DNA of 64,000 nt from contig OZ025802.1 in the NCBI GenBank assembly GCA_964019425.1, forward strand, positions 682,001 to 746,000, given 5' to 3'. Positions 11,381-24,385 of the stretch are shown piece by piece. Below the pieces are notes generated by a model. It had not been told where the DNA came from. It saw only the letters and a list, made by a program, of their open reading frames with translations, and ran no database searches. The DNA comes from Flectonema sp. DT1601 (taxonomy: Eukaryota). Every line of letters begins with the position of its first letter. Position 1 is the stretch's first letter. The position numbers and the translations under genes were made by a program.

Positions 11381-11653
11381 TATTTGTTTTATTGTTTGGT
11401 GATACCCATTCTGAAAAGAGGAAAAACTAATAATGTGTTTACAACGATTCGATATATGATACAGAAAACAGATCGACTGCACAGTTAGGGTCCTCGGACC
11501 TTTGAGCGACCACACGTGGTCGGTCTTGTGGGACTCGTCTTACGGCAGGCCAATGTGATTGCGATTTACTTCTTACCGACCTCAGCAGTTGAAGATCTAC
11601 GGATGAAGACAGAAAGATAGAACTGCGTTTAGGATAACCAACAACAAGATAAA

Positions 11654-11742
11654 TCAGATTCGCCTTCGTAATTTCAATTTCTCATATCAGGCAGCTATAA
11701 GCATACCATCAGGGCAAGAATGACAATGGTATTTTCATCACA
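11654..11742 (-). ncRNA. Candidate box C/D snoRNA
   Basis: Minus strand: GUGAUGA (C) ... CUGA (D', 11690-11687) UAUGAGA (C'-like) ... CUGA (D, 11657-11654); 89 nt, ORF-free region; no target recognised. Confidence 0.3.
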
Positions 11743-12813
11743 TGGATGTAGAAATGAGGAACTCACAGACGACAAGAACTAGTTGATTCGAGACACCACT
11801 TCCTACAAAAGTATAGCGTGTTGTGTACTGTTTGAATAATTAATTTTAAAAATGAATAAGAAATTCACACTTCAAAATCACCAGACGCCTCTCTGAAAAA
11901 AAAGAAAACAATTAATATAGCACCAAACAACAGGGGATATGATGAGAATTGTATTGCCCAAGGTAACCTCCGAGAGGATACGACACTCAACGAAATGATG
12001 TGGAAGGGGTGGAGGAGAGAGAGTGTGTGTGAGTGAGAGAGAGAGAGAGATTGATAATTCAAAACGTAAAGGCAATGAACCCGAGATTGCTTGTTCGTAG
12101 GTAGGTCGGTCACCTAGTCTGATACTCTTCATTCCTTCCTGTGCTGTCTTTCCCGGAGACAGTATGAATTTTACTTATCCTGATATCGTGATGAGATAGT
12201 TTTTTAAAAAGAAAAAAGAAGAACTACTCTCTCGTTCAATTCATTTTTTCATTCTTTTTTTCTCTACTGCTTTGACGATTAAAGGAACACCTTTCAATCA
12301 GAATGCTTATTGAGTTTTAGAAAGAATGGCAAAAAAATGAAATTATTAACTGGGTGTGTCTTCCCTTTCTATAAAAAAAAAGTAAAAGAAAACAAAAAAA
12401 AAAACTATAATTTAACCTCATGCAACTGCGTCTTGACGCCAACCCAGTTGCTTGCACACAGACAAGATAAAATTATTGACTACAAAAAAAAAAAAAAAAA
12501 AAAAAAAAAGCAGAGAAATGATGTGGGCAGACTAATCACCCTTGTCTGTGAAGTAGATGAACACTGAATTTCTTCTTTCATTGGTATTTTTTTTTTTGGT
12601 TTTTTTTTTTTTCTTTTTAAAAGAGAGGCCCACTTGATACACTCATGAAAAACGGGGAAGGGGCGGTGGGGGTAGACTCATCCCAACTAATTGGAATGAT
12701 TAACTCAGCTCATAGCCTGCTGTCCTTCACACAAGTCTCGTATAACTGAACTAAGCTGCAGGTTCCCACAAGAGAGGGACAATAAGAATTATTGAACAGT
12801 GTTAGCTTGTAGT

Positions 12814-15564
12814 TTAATCCTCATCACTGTGAATTGTGGAATTGAAATATACTAAAGAAACACTAATCATAAAGTAACACTAATCATAAAGTAACACTGC
12901 ATACCTCCATCCTTCAAATTTGAAGCTTCTTGGTGCCTGGTCAATTACACCAGCACGGTAAGTTGCCTTCTTCTTCTTGTTCTTGGCCTTAGTAAAACCC
13001 TTTCCTCTTGTTATGATCAAATCCTGATGCGCTCTTAGAGAGAATTCTCCTGCTGCGTCATCTTCATCACGCAGAGTCTCAAATCTGTTGTCTCCCAGGG
13101 CGTTGTTGAAGTACTTTACTTTAGTTGGATCCACACGTTGGAATCTTCTAGGCTGTAATATGTTTGTTATGTTATTATTATTATCTTCAAAAGTAATATT
13201 CTTATGTAGACATACCGCATTTCCCCAGCTGTTGTCATCTGTTTTGGCCTTCTTGACAGCTGCTTTGTCATCATCCAGAGGCTTCTTTGCTTTCACTACA
13301 GGTGACTTCTTAACAACCTTTGGTGACTTTTGTTTTGGAGATTTCTTTGGTGTTGGTACTGGTGCGGCTGAAGAGCTGCTGCTGCTGCTGCTGTCGCTGT
13401 CGCTGGAGCCGCTGTCGGTGTCTGAGTCAGATGGAGCGGCCACGGCCTTGACAACCTTTCCGGTTGGTTTTGGAGCCTTGGAACTGCTATCACTTGAATC
13501 ACTATCACTGCTGTCACTGTCGCTTGATGCAGCTGCTTTTGCAGACTCAGCTGACGGCTTCTTCGCTTCTGAACTGTCATCGCTACTGCTCGAAGATGAA
13601 GAAGAAGAATCAGGCTTTGCTCTCTTAACAGCTGGCTTATCAGATTCACTTTCAGAATCACTTGAATCGGAACTTGATGACGCTGGCGCCTTTGCCTTGA
13701 CTGGTGAAACCTTCTTAGAACTTGACGACGATGAGCTAGACGAACTCGACGAGGAGTCGGAGTCAGCAGCGGCAGCCACAGGCTTGACTGGGGAAGCCTT
13801 CTTGCTCGAAGACGATGAAGAGCTCGATGAAGATGAATCGCTATCCGAGTCTGAGTCAGCGGCGGCAGCCACAGGCTTGACTGGAGAGGCCTTCTTGCTT
13901 GAGGATGATGAAGAGCTCGATGAAGAAGATGAGTCGGAGTCAGCAGCGGCAGCCACAGGCTTGACTGGAGAGGCCTTCTTGCTCGAGGATGATGAAGAGC
14001 TCGAGGAAGAAGAATCGCTGTCCGAGTCGGAATCAGCGGCGGCAGCTACAGCCTTTGCTGGGGAAGCCTTCTTGCTCGAGGATGATGAAGAGCTCGAAGA
14101 AGAAGAATCGCTGTCCGAGTCTGAGTCAGCAGCGGCAGCCACAGGCTTTGCTGGTGAAGCCTTCTTGCTCGAGGACGATGAAGAAGAGCTCGAAGAAGAA
14201 GATGAGTCGGAGTCAGCGGCGGCAGCTACAGGCTTGACTGGGGAAGCCTTCTTGCTCGAAGACGATGAAGAGCTCGAAGAAGAAGAATCGCTGTCCGAGT
14301 CTGAGTCAGCGGCGGCAGCCACAGGCTTTGCTGGCGAAGCCTTCTTGCTCGAGGATGATGAAGAGCTCGAAGAAGAAGAATCGCTGTCCGAGTCGGAATC
14401 AGCAGCGGCAGCTACAGCCTTTGCTGGGGAGGCCTTCTTGCTCGAGGATGATGAAGAGCTCGATGAAGAAGAATCGCTGTCCGAGTCTGAGTCAGCAGCG
14501 GCGGCAGCCACAGGCTTTGCTGGGGAAGCCTTCTTGCTCGAGGATGATGAAGAGCTCGAAGAAGAAGAATCGCTGTCTGAGTCAGAATCAGCAGCGGCAG
14601 CTACAGCCTTTGCTGGGGAAGCCTTCTTGCTCGAAGATGATGAAGAAGAGCTCGAAGAAGAAGAATCGCTGTCTGAGTCTGAGTCAGCAGCGGCAGCCAC
14701 AGGCTTCGCTGGGGAAGCCTTCTTGCTCGAAGATGAAGAAGAGCTCGAAGAAGAAGACTCGCTATCCGAGTCTGAGTCGGCAGTAGCAGCCACAGGCTTT
14801 GCTGGGGAAGCCTTCTTGCTCGAGGACGATGAAGAAGAGCTCGATGAAGAAGAATCGCTGTCGGAGTCAGCAGCGGCAGCCACAGGCTTTGCTGGCGAAG
14901 CCTTCTTGCTCGAGGATGACGAAGAGCTCGAAGAAGAAGACTCGCTGTCCGAGTCGGAATCAGCAGCGGCAGCTACAGCCTTTGCTGGGGAGGCCTTCTT
15001 GCTCGAAGACGATGAAGAAGAGCTCGATGAAGAAGACTCGCTGTCCGAGTCTGAGTCAGCAGCGGCAGCCACAGGCTTTGCTGGAGAGGCCTTCTTGCTT
15101 GAGGATGATGAAGAACTCGATGAAGAAGAAGAGTCAGAGTCGGAACCAGCGACTGGTGCCTTAATCGGAGACGCAGCTGCTTTCTTTGAACTTGAAGACG
15201 AACTCGATGATGAACTGGAGGAAGACGATGACGATGATGCTGCCTTCGCTGGGGTAGCAGCTTTCTTCTTGCTTGAACTCGAAGAGCTTGATGAGGATCC
15301 AGAAGAAGATGAGTCATCAACTTTTGTAATTTTCTTTGGCTGTTCATCAGAGTCTGAACTGTCTGAGTCGCTGTCTGAGTCTGCGTCCTTCTTTCTCTTC
15401 TCAAGGTGAACTGACACTAACTCTGCCAGTGTTTTCTTTCCAAATATTTCTTTGCATTTTGCTTCGTCAACTTTAACTTTTTTCTCAAACTTCGTTGCCG
15501 TCTCTGGACAAGCACCTCTCAAGTACTGCAGTACGAGTGTGTTAACTTCTGGTGGTGCAGGCAT
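12814..15564 (-). CDS. NOLC1: Nopp140/Srp40 nucleolar phosphoprotein (~869 aa spliced)
   Basis: LisH-like N-terminus (VNTLVLQYLRG), alternating Ser/acidic and Lys/Ala/Pro blocks, SRP40 C-terminal domain (RFQRVD...TRGKGFTKAKNKKKKATYRAGVID..SFKF). Exons 15564-13216, 13152-12905, 12826-12814; spliced end FKFEGWSDED*. Confidence 0.92.
12827..12904 (-). other. Spliceosomal intron, 78 nt (Nopp140 intron 2)
   Basis: GTATGC...TTCACAG; removal gives the acidic C-terminus SDED*; contains a 17-nt tandem duplication (cactaatcataaagtaa x2). Confidence 0.75.
13153..13215 (-). other. Spliceosomal intron, 63 nt (Nopp140 intron 1)
   Basis: GTATGT...ATTACAG; AT-rich insert just before the RFQRVD motif; phase 0, 3n and stop-free. 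Confidence 0.8.
13700..15140 (-). repeat. Coding tandem repeat in Nopp140: about 16 units of ~30 aa (AAAADSDSDSDS(S)nKKASPAKPV)
   Basis: Near-identical ~90-96 nt units visible in DNA and protein. Confidence 0.9.
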
Positions 15565-17383
15565 GTTGTATATGATCCCGTGGATTTCTTTATTTAAAAG
15601 AAAAAAGTATAAAATGAAATGAAACCGAACAACCCCAATCACAGCAGACTTATGCTAATATTTTGCTGAAGAGAATAAAGATTAAGAATAACATAAACAG
15701 ATCACGTAAAGTCAAACTCAAGGTGTGCGTGCAGTGAGGGACATCACAGAACGGGATGGAGGGAAGAAGGGGGGGAAATAAAGAGAGAAAAGAAAAAAAA
15801 AGAGTGTGAGAGAGTGAAAAAGAGAGAATAGCCACCGGGCGTGCCAAATACAATTTTCTTTTTTTTTTTTTTTCCCCCTTTCCCCTTTTTTACTTTGTTT
15901 ACACCCATACGAGAGTACTACTCTTGGAAACAACAGGCAATCCGACCTAATCAATTACCTAATACATCAAGAGCAGAATACCATCTGAATGTGAACAGAG
16001 AACAAAAAGAAAAGGCCAAGGCGCGGTACTTCCCAGAAGAAGTGAGTAGAACGAGGAACAGATTTTCGACACTCGGAAAAAGATTCTTTAAAGTCGGTTC
16101 TACCCAACTTGTTTTTGCATGTCATGTAATTGTGTCTAAAAAAGGTAGAAGAGTGAACCAAAGAAAGTACTGCACCAGGAGAATCAAATACGAGATGGGA
16201 AAAACCCGCAACTGGCAGACACCAGTTGCGAAGCTACTTAAAATAACGGGAGTAGAGATTGGGAGGAAATCAACATGCGGCTGCCAGATACAATTACACT
16301 GGATGGGTTCTTCACTTGCCAAACGTGGTCCTGTTGGTGTATGTGGTTTTTAATAACCAGACACAAAAACATAATCACAGACGGCAGCGTATGAGCTCAC
16401 CTAGAATTCTCTTTTTTTAGTCTTACAAAGTTGGTCTCGCTGGAAATTTCCAAAAAGGAAATATAAAAAAAGAAGTTTCTGGTACAGGTAGCAGGGCTGG
16501 ATGAAATCTGAAAAAAGGATTTATTCTTTTTCCGTTTTTTTTTTTTTTAAAAAAATTATTTATTTACTTCTGTTTTTCAGTCCAAAAAAAAGAAAAATAA
16601 ATAAATTTATTGTTGGAATAACTGTATGCTAGTTTTTTTTTTTTAAAAAAAAAAAAAACTAGTAACAACCACTCCATCTTTTCCTCCCAATAGTACCTAT
16701 GAGAAGAAAAAAGAAATAAATAAAAGAAAGACGATTTATAAACAATAAAGAAACATGTGGCAGGTTTTTTCGTTCTAAAAGTAATTTGGCACAAGTGGCT
16801 GGAATAATGCACACGCTAAAGCCTTTTTCTGGAAAAATTTCGGATTACACCTACAACTATAAATATATTTTTTCTGGTCTGAGATTTCCGAAAATACCCT
16901 TGCAGCATACGAACGTGTTTGCATAACATTCTTATGAAAAATAAAATAAAGAGGAGGGGGTGAAAAAAACTGAGGGCAATAAGTAAAATGCGGCATCGTC
17001 GTGCTTCCTCGTTGGTCCTAGTTTAAGAAGGGGTACTTTTCTAGATAAAATGGGTCACAAAGAAGAAAAAAAAAAAAAAAAAAACCAATGGGGCACGGAG
17101 AGGAAACCAAACAAATACATAATAACGACAACAAGAAAAAAAAAATAAAATAAAATAAAAATAGACATAAATAAATAAATAAATAAATAAAACCAAATAT
17201 ATTCATGTTCCTTAGTTGTCGTTCTCATTACTCCTACGAAGAGGAGTAGGATGGGGTTTCTTGTTAATATTTTTTCTTCCTCAACTTTTCCATTGTTTAT
17301 TTATTTTTTTTTTTTTTATTATTCGTGAAAATAATGAATGAGAATGATCGCTAAAAAGAGTCAATTTCGTGTGTAAAATAATA

Positions 17384-17420
<37 letters not shown>

Positions 17421-19952
17421 GGAGATCGTACTTTGGCACATGGTAAAGACCAACGAGGAAGTGACGGAAACAAAAGCTTACAGCTGGGAAAATTAAAAAA
17501 AAAAAAAAAACGAAGGAAAAAAAAGCATCAGGGTGTATGGTGTGGAAGAAAAAGGAAATAAACGTGAATATGAAAACTGAAAGTCAACCAAGTAGCACAA
17601 GCAGGAGTATCGAAACACATTAGGTGGGCTGGGCAGGACTATCCCGCCAAGTAGCAGGACGGGAGGAGGGGGGAAAAAAATTCCCCAAAAGTTCTTTTTT
17701 TTTTTTTTTTTTTTTCATTTATATATAGGCGAATCACATAAAAACCACACCAGCGTACCAAGCCTCTTCTTCGGTTTCAGCAGGATTCTCAGTCGAGGGA
17801 AAAAACAAACAAAAAATTAAAACAAAAGGGAAAACCTTTGCTTTATTCAGTTGACTAGAACTCACTTCGAAAAACACACGGAGCTCGGTTCTGACTGGCA
17901 GTTTCAAGACACCCACTGAATTAATATTTGAATTTGTAAAATACAACTGTTTTGTATCCCCTTATTAACATAAAAACGATAATTTAACAATCTGTTAAGG
18001 ATACAGTGAACTATGGTGATGCTTAACTTAGCCTTTTAAAGTAACTACAGTATAAGGGGAAAAGAAGTTCCTTAGAATAGGTGCAGAGGAAGTGGAAAAA
18101 AAAGACTTTTTTTTTTTTTTTTTTAAAATTCTTATTCTGGTGACATAAAACCAAAAGTAATAGTAGAAGCCAACAATAAACCGTTTTTTTTTTTTTTTTT
18201 TTTTTGTTGGGTAGGGAAGAGTTGTGATTTAGCACAAAAAATACTTTTGAAAAAGTAATAAAAAAAATGAAATAAGTATCTAAAGATCAGGGAATTGAGC
18301 ACCAATACAAAAAAGTTACAGAAATTAATGTACCCAAAAGGCTTCCATAAAAAATGAAGCAAGCCCGGGTCATATATAATTTTTTTTTTTTTTTTTTTAA
18401 AAACATTATTCTGGCTTGCTGCCATCAGCCAGGTGGCTGGCTGCAGTACTTCTTCGACTTATTACACAAAGGGCCTCGTCAAATCGGGTGGAGAGGGAGG
18501 TAGGGAACAGCTTTCAACTACACAACAGTATGCTACACGTTTTCATCAAAGGTTAGGGAGAAAAAAAAAAAAAAAAAAAAAAAAGAATTAAAAAAAAAGT
18601 AACTTTCACTCGATCGGCAAAGTACTACCAATTGACATTGAGTATTATCCAACAGCAGAATAGACAACAGATTTATGCATCAAGAGAATAATTTTCCACC
18701 TCAACTATGAACAGTAAGATATCGGGATTTCAGCCAGTCAGGCTATCTCCTCGCTCACGTTCGTATCTTGCTTAGCTGCGCATACAAAAAACAAGCCCCC
18801 TTGTTCAGAGGGGGGAGCACAGTAGAATGGGAGGGACATAAAGGAAGAAATATAATAAAAATAAAAATAAAAATAAATCAACTTTTGTAAAAAGGCAGAG
18901 CTATGTACTTCAGCTTCATTCTTTCCCAAAACTGTCTGAAGTGGTCTGAAGGAATGGAAATAATTGTCAATCGTGTCGCTATCGCCTAAGGACCGAGTGG
19001 AAGAAGTAAAAAAGAATATAAAAAAAAATTAAAAATACCCAATATGCAGCATGACAGAACGCAGGGATGTTTTAGGAAGGGAAATCAAAATATATCACAT
19101 ATATGACACACGTCAGACGCAACGTGAAAATGCGTTGTGTCGAACGGCGCACCCTCAGCAAAAGGTGCGGTTTTTTTCTTGTTTTTTTTTTTTTTTTTTT
19201 GTTTGTTTGTTTTGCTTTTTTTTTCTTCTGTTAAAAGTTGTTTGTCAACGTGTACATACATTGCTTTGCTATTTGTATTTTCTGCTTTTTTTTTTTTTTT
19301 TTTCTTTCACCTTGCATTTTCCGTTGGCACGAGGGGAAAAAAAAAAAAAGGAACGGGAACGGGAAGCAGCTTACTTCACTTATACATGTTTGAAGAAAGT
19401 GTGTTAAACTAAAAAGCAGTACCTACTTACTAAAATGAGTATCAGTTCCTGTATTGGATTGCCTGAAATAACTCACTAGCGAAGCATGTGGAGAGAGAGA
19501 GAGACCAAAACTTACAAAAGGTGTGTAAGAGAGTAAAGTAAATCAGTAAAAAAAGAAAAAGAATAATATTTTTAAAAAAAAAAAAACAATGAAAAAAAAA
19601 AAAAAAAAAGTGCCCAGCCATAAGCATCTAGACCTTGGAACGGCAACGTGATGCCTGACCTTGTCTTGATTTTTTTTTTTTTTTTTAATAATTGAAATGA
19701 AGTTTTCCCGCTATTACCAACATTGTATGCTGAGACGTTTCAATCCGACGAGTTCTAAATTTGTTGTTTTTCCTTTAAGATTTTAGAGGGGGTCTACTCG
19801 CGTAGTACCTCGAAAGACTCAGTGGAACACAATGATAGATTTACTAGTGTTTTAACACTATTCGACAGGATGAAATTAAAAGCGAAAGGAAGGGAAGAGA
19901 AGTGTATTCGTTAAGTGCATACATCCAAATGCTTGGTTCGCCAACCAACAAA

Positions 19953-19992
<40 letters not shown>

Positions 19993-20182
19993 CGTTGTTG
20001 TGTTTTTTTCTATATATAAATATAAAGCAGTGAGGTCCAGGGCAGCAGCACGCAAGATAGAATATTCACACCTTATAACCAACAAATCGACTTTTAGAAC
20101 GCGCCCGAACTGTACAAAACGGGGAAGATAGTGACAAGGAAGCGAGGGATGAAGTGCTGAGTTTGTTCTCTTTATCTATTTT

Positions 20183-20214
<32 letters not shown>

Positions 20215-20518
20215 CCCTTGCCGAATGCAAGAAATATTTTATAATACGTTTTTTTTTTTTTTTTTTTTTTCTGTTTTCGGTTTTTTTTTTTTTTTTTTTT
20301 GAAAAGCGATCATAAGAGGGAGAATAATAAGAGGTAAATAAATAAAATAAAATAAAAAAAAATCTTGAACTTGAACTTGAAGTTGAAGAAGCAAAAAAAA
20401 AAAAAAAAGAGAAAAGGTACCAACGGAAAATATGCACAGGTAGATTCAGCATTTTTAATTAATAATTATTATAAATTTTATCATTATTTATTTATTTTTT
20501 TTTTTGTATCTAACAAGA

Positions 20519-20550
<32 letters not shown>

Positions 20551-20626
20551 GTGACATTCCACAAAAAGGAGAAAATTCGTTCATGAATTTCGCTCGTTGA
20601 GAACAAAACCAACAGAGAAGAAGTAA

Positions 20627-22117
20627 TTAAGCCATGCGACTGACCCTGTCCATACTCGCTGAGGCATAAGGTATCCTCGCCCAACGATTTGGTGTTCTAC
20701 GAGTGGCTAGGTCTCTGTTTGGTGGGGTAGTTTGCGGTGAAAACGGAGGTATCGTAAAACAATTGTTTTGTGGCGTGTGTGGAAGCTGAAGTGGAGTAGC
20801 GCCTCCCTGTGAACCTGAAAATGATGAATATCCTGGAGTCACTGCCTCAGACATTGGACTTACAGTTCCTGGTTCATATTTCTGAGTGTGAGTAACTGGA
20901 GTGTGTCCTCCTGTTGTTGTAATCGGAACTCCAGTCAAACTTTCATTCGCAAAGTGAAGGCAGGCTTTGAATTCATATCCTGAAGGTGTTGTGAATATTC
21001 CACCGTTGATATTACAAATTGCTTCAAAGGCTGTTTCTACTCTTTCAAATGTCGCTGTTGCGATTCCCTGACCCAAATCAATACAACTAACAGGTCCATA
21101 ATGACCAAACATTGCTTCCATTGCATTCAAAGCATCATCAGCTGGTAGTCCCCAAGCTCCTACTACAGGAACTGGTGGTCCAGTAATGTGTCTTGGTGCT
21201 GGTGCAGGAGGACGCATATCTTCTGATGTACACATCCGTTGTTCTAATTCTGTCTGAGCACCTCTCCAGTGAGTAGCATTCGCATTCTTTGAAACTTGAG
21301 CACAAACACGATTACCATACAACCTTGATCCGTTTAAGTGAATAATCGCGTGATCGGCTTCAGACCTATCGCGGTATTGAATTACAGCACAACCAGGATG
21401 CTGAGCTAATAACTTAACAGCTACTAATTCACCGTACATTCCACATACTGCCCATAATAAAGGAGCTGTGAGACCTCTGTCAGATGGTAATCCTGATAAG
21501 TGAACACATTCACCAACTTTACCATCTGGAAGTCCGCGTCCAACAGGGATTCTTCCACACATTTGAGAGTCTTGTGCTGGTTCTAACCAACCCTGTCTGA
21601 CTATCCATTGTCCCCATAGGAAGTCAAGTATTGGGATATTCATATGCATAGCGTAAGCGAGAACATCGTCAGCAGACGCACCTCCAACATGATAGTCGAG
21701 GATTAATTGTAATTGTTGATTGACTAAGGTGTAATCTCTATTCCGCGCATCATCCTTTTTGAATGTCAATTGCGGTAACTTCGAAGGAACGATTGCTAAA
21801 CTGCAATGAGCTTCCTTACCATCGCTGTTAATTAAAGAAAGGTCTCTTCCGTTTAGATATCCCTTCGCTAATGCTGCGTCTTTGCAATTCTCAAACTGAA
21901 CGACTACCTGATTCTGCTGGTGTTGAATAAAGGTGCTGATCTTTTCAATTTTACCAAATTGTGAGAATATGTAAAACATTCTGTCCAACTCAACTGGATT
22001 CGATAGCTTCCGAAGTACCACCAGCAGTACTCTCGTCATTCCACTAGTGCTGGTAGCTGGCGGCGCTATTCCTCTTCCATACTGACTACGTGGGAATCTC
22101 TGCTGTTGAAAGTGCAT
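20627..22117 (-). CDS. PTB/hnRNP-L-like multi-RRM RNA-binding protein (496 aa)
   Basis: RRM signatures IFSQFGKIEKI...VVVQFEN...A..YLNG...LPQLTFK....NRDYT and CGMYGELVAVKLL...CAVIQY...AIIHLNGSRLYG...VSK; third degenerate RRM. Confidence 0.85.
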   Translation of the reverse strand: MHFQQQRFPRSQYGRGIAPPATSTSGMTRVLLVVLRKLSNPVELDRMFYIFSQFGKIEKISTFIQHQQNQVVVQFENCKDAALAKGYLNGRDLSLINSDGKEAHCSLAIVPSKLPQLTFKKDDARNRDYTLVNQQLQLILDYHVGGASADDVLAYAMHMNIPILDFLWGQWIVRQGWLEPAQDSQMCGRIPVGRGLPDGKVGECVHLSGLPSDRGLTAPLLWAVCGMYGELVAVKLLAQHPGCAVIQYRDRSEADHAIIHLNGSRLYGNRVCAQVSKNANATHWRGAQTELEQRMCTSEDMRPPAPAPRHITGPPVPVVGAWGLPADDALNAMEAMFGHYGPVSCIDLGQGIATATFERVETAFEAICNINGGIFTTPSGYEFKACLHFANESLTGVPITTTGGHTPVTHTQKYEPGTVSPMSEAVTPGYSSFSGSQGGATPLQLPHTPQNNCFTIPPFSPQTTPPNRDLATRRTPNRWARIPYASASMDRVSRMA

Positions 22118-22853
22118 TGTTGTTTTTTATCCAAAATCTGTGGTTGGGGTGGAAAAAAATAAAACTAAAATAACAGGCACATGGAATAAGGTAAATCGTA
22201 TTTTCAATTCACTCAACTATAACCACTTTTAAGAGGTGTTGTGTAACCGGATTACAGGAAGAAAAAAAAAAAAAGAAAAAAAAGAGAGAAGGGAAAAAAG
22301 AAAAAAAAAGTAAACTTGAACTTTTGCATATTTTATCACTTTACTATAAAGTAAGTGGGGTATGAGAAGCAAAGGTCTTTCCAAGAAAATTAATACAGAT
22401 GAAACGAAAAAGAAGCATCATATACGATGCAATTTTTGTGTTGAATTGACGACAAAAAAACAATAATTGTTTTCGTTATTTAATAAAACTGCGTCAGTAC
22501 AAACATTTTCCCTTTTCATCATCATCTGGCGCTTTCGCACCGTTGTTAGACAAACAAGACAACTGTGTAAGGAAAAAAAAAAAAAAAAAGCGGCAAAATC
22601 AATTAACAGCGCACGCATGGGGTAACAGAATGAAGAAAAAAAAAGATTTAAAAAAAAGAAAAATGAAATCGCAAGAGCTGCGACAGCAAGGCTATTCATG
22701 TACACGCGACAAAAGAAAACTAAGCGTGTATTAATAAACAGTTTTTTTTTTTTTTTTTTTCCTCAGTGTTTTCGCACCGGGGAGAAAAAAAAAAAAGCAA
22801 GTCAAGTCAAGTCAAATTAAAATAACCAGATGAGAGGAAGCCAACAAGCAAAA

Positions 22854-22861
<8 letters not shown>

Positions 22862-22889
<28 letters not shown>
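22862..22889. repeat. (GA)n microsatellite
   Basis: Uninterrupted AG run. Confidence 0.9.
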
Positions 22890-22940
22890 CAGCAACAGCA
22901 ATAAAACTGCAGGACAGTAAACTCTAAGATTGTACTACCC

Positions 22941-23933
22941 CTACTTATTTATGAGTAACTTCGATCTGATACAAGAGTATTTCCCATTAGGATTTTTTGC
23001 ACCACTACACTGAACACCAAATGAACTCAAATTAAATAATTCTGTAGAAGGAAGCGCTGACTGAGTCAACGTTCCGTGATTAACTTTTGAATGCTGAGGA
23101 CCACACTTGACACAGAATTGAAGAGGACAACTGGGACAGTTAAAAACTGCTGGAAAACTACAACCATCACATTTATTAGCGTAAAGCAATAAACGAGAAT
23201 GCCGACACCGTCCTTTTCCTTTTATTAGAACACAAGCGATGCAGAAACTTAGATTGCAAGTATCACAGAGACACGCAGCAAATGAAACGTTTCTTTTTAG
23301 ACCTTCGCAATTCAATTCTTGACAATTATTACAACACGGAGGTGAAGATACATAAAGTACTCCCGGAGGTGTATCATCAATTACAATATCACCATCAGGA
23401 ATTGATAGGCACTCTGACATTGGTGACCAACCAACCGTCCAATTCGCAAGTTGTTTGGTTAGTATATTATCATGAGCTGGATCAGAAAAACTAATCCTTG
23501 TTGTGTTTGTAGGAGTTGAGCAAGTACTGTCGTGTTCAACAAGAAGAGGTCGACTTGATCGAGGTGATTCTCCGTCAGTATTTCTTCTTATTAACCCACC
23601 AAAATTACTAACAACCGCAGCAGGCAATCCTACTTCAGTACAGCATCTCCCTCCGCACTTTCCATTTTTAAGAAGTGGAAGTGTACTTTTTGTACATCGA
23701 GGTATGCTGTCATTCCCTTCTTGGTCTAAGAGTCCAAGTTCAGACAAACCTTTTATTTGTGTTTCATGTAGAAGATCAAGCGCAGTTGGTTTTTTATGTT
23801 TTCGAGACTTACACAAACACCATACAATAATTAATATAAACAGAAAAGCAGCGATGATTACACCCACCAAGGTCCCTCCCACAGAGTAGTCATCTGAAGG
23901 AACTATCAACAAATCAGGAGAGGTGCTGTTCAT
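22941..23933 (-). CDS. 330-aa single-pass membrane protein with Cys-rich (B-box-like) C-terminus
   Basis: TM TLVGVIIAAFLFILIIVWCLC; multiple CxxC pairs (CNNC, CDTC, CIAC, CDGC, CPSC, CVKC..H). Confidence 0.75.
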   Translation of the reverse strand: MNSTSPDLLIVPSDDYSVGGTLVGVIIAAFLFILIIVWCLCKSRKHKKPTALDLLHETQIKGLSELGLLDQEGNDSIPRCTKSTLPLLKNGKCGGRCCTEVGLPAAVVSNFGGLIRRNTDGESPRSSRPLLVEHDSTCSTPTNTTRISFSDPAHDNILTKQLANWTVGWSPMSECLSIPDGDIVIDDTPPGVLYVSSPPCCNNCQELNCEGLKRNVSFAACLCDTCNLSFCIACVLIKGKGRCRHSRLLLYANKCDGCSFPAVFNCPSCPLQFCVKCGPQHSKVNHGTLTQSALPSTELFNLSSFGVQCSGAKNPNGKYSCIRSKLLINK

Positions 23934-24099
23934 TTTTATGTCATTTTTAACAAACTTTATAGCTGAGAAAGATAATTAAACAAATTTTTTTTTAATAAAA
24001 AACAAGAATCTAAGGGAAAAAAAAGGAAAAAGACTCCACCGCTTTCTTTGTAGCTATCTACAGGCTACAGCGTGACGACACGAATAACAATTTTTTTTT

Positions 24100-24134
<35 letters not shown>

Positions 24135-24385
24135 GAACCAGTACAAAATTACTAAACGAATAAATACGAGGCGAAAGCAAGTAACAATTTTTTTTCTTTT
24201 AAAAAAATGACAATGAAGTCGTTAGAAGCATTCTTGAGAGTAGAACAGACTCTTTTATGTGCTTATTTTTTTTTTTTTTTAAATAGTTCAAGCAAATGAA
24301 CCAACAAAGACAAACAAAACGTTCACAGATTAATAAATCTTGACAAACATAACATCTGTTCCATTCGTCTCGGATGATAAAATTG

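Noticed and set aside
12705..12827. Apparent C/D snoRNA (GUGAUGA...CUGA) after Nopp140
   Set aside because: The C-box-like sequence is the splice acceptor plus the last coding exon (AG|T GAT GAG GAT TAA).
13088..15409. 773-aa plus-strand ORF
   Set aside because: Antisense shadow of the Ser/Asp/Ala repeats of Nopp140; low-complexity mirror sequence with a TTG start.
18408..18452. Resemblance to the ingi/L1Tc 77-79 bp signature (HDV-like ribozyme)
   Set aside because: The P1 3' strand and pseudoknot order are missing; only a simple 7-bp hairpin is supported.
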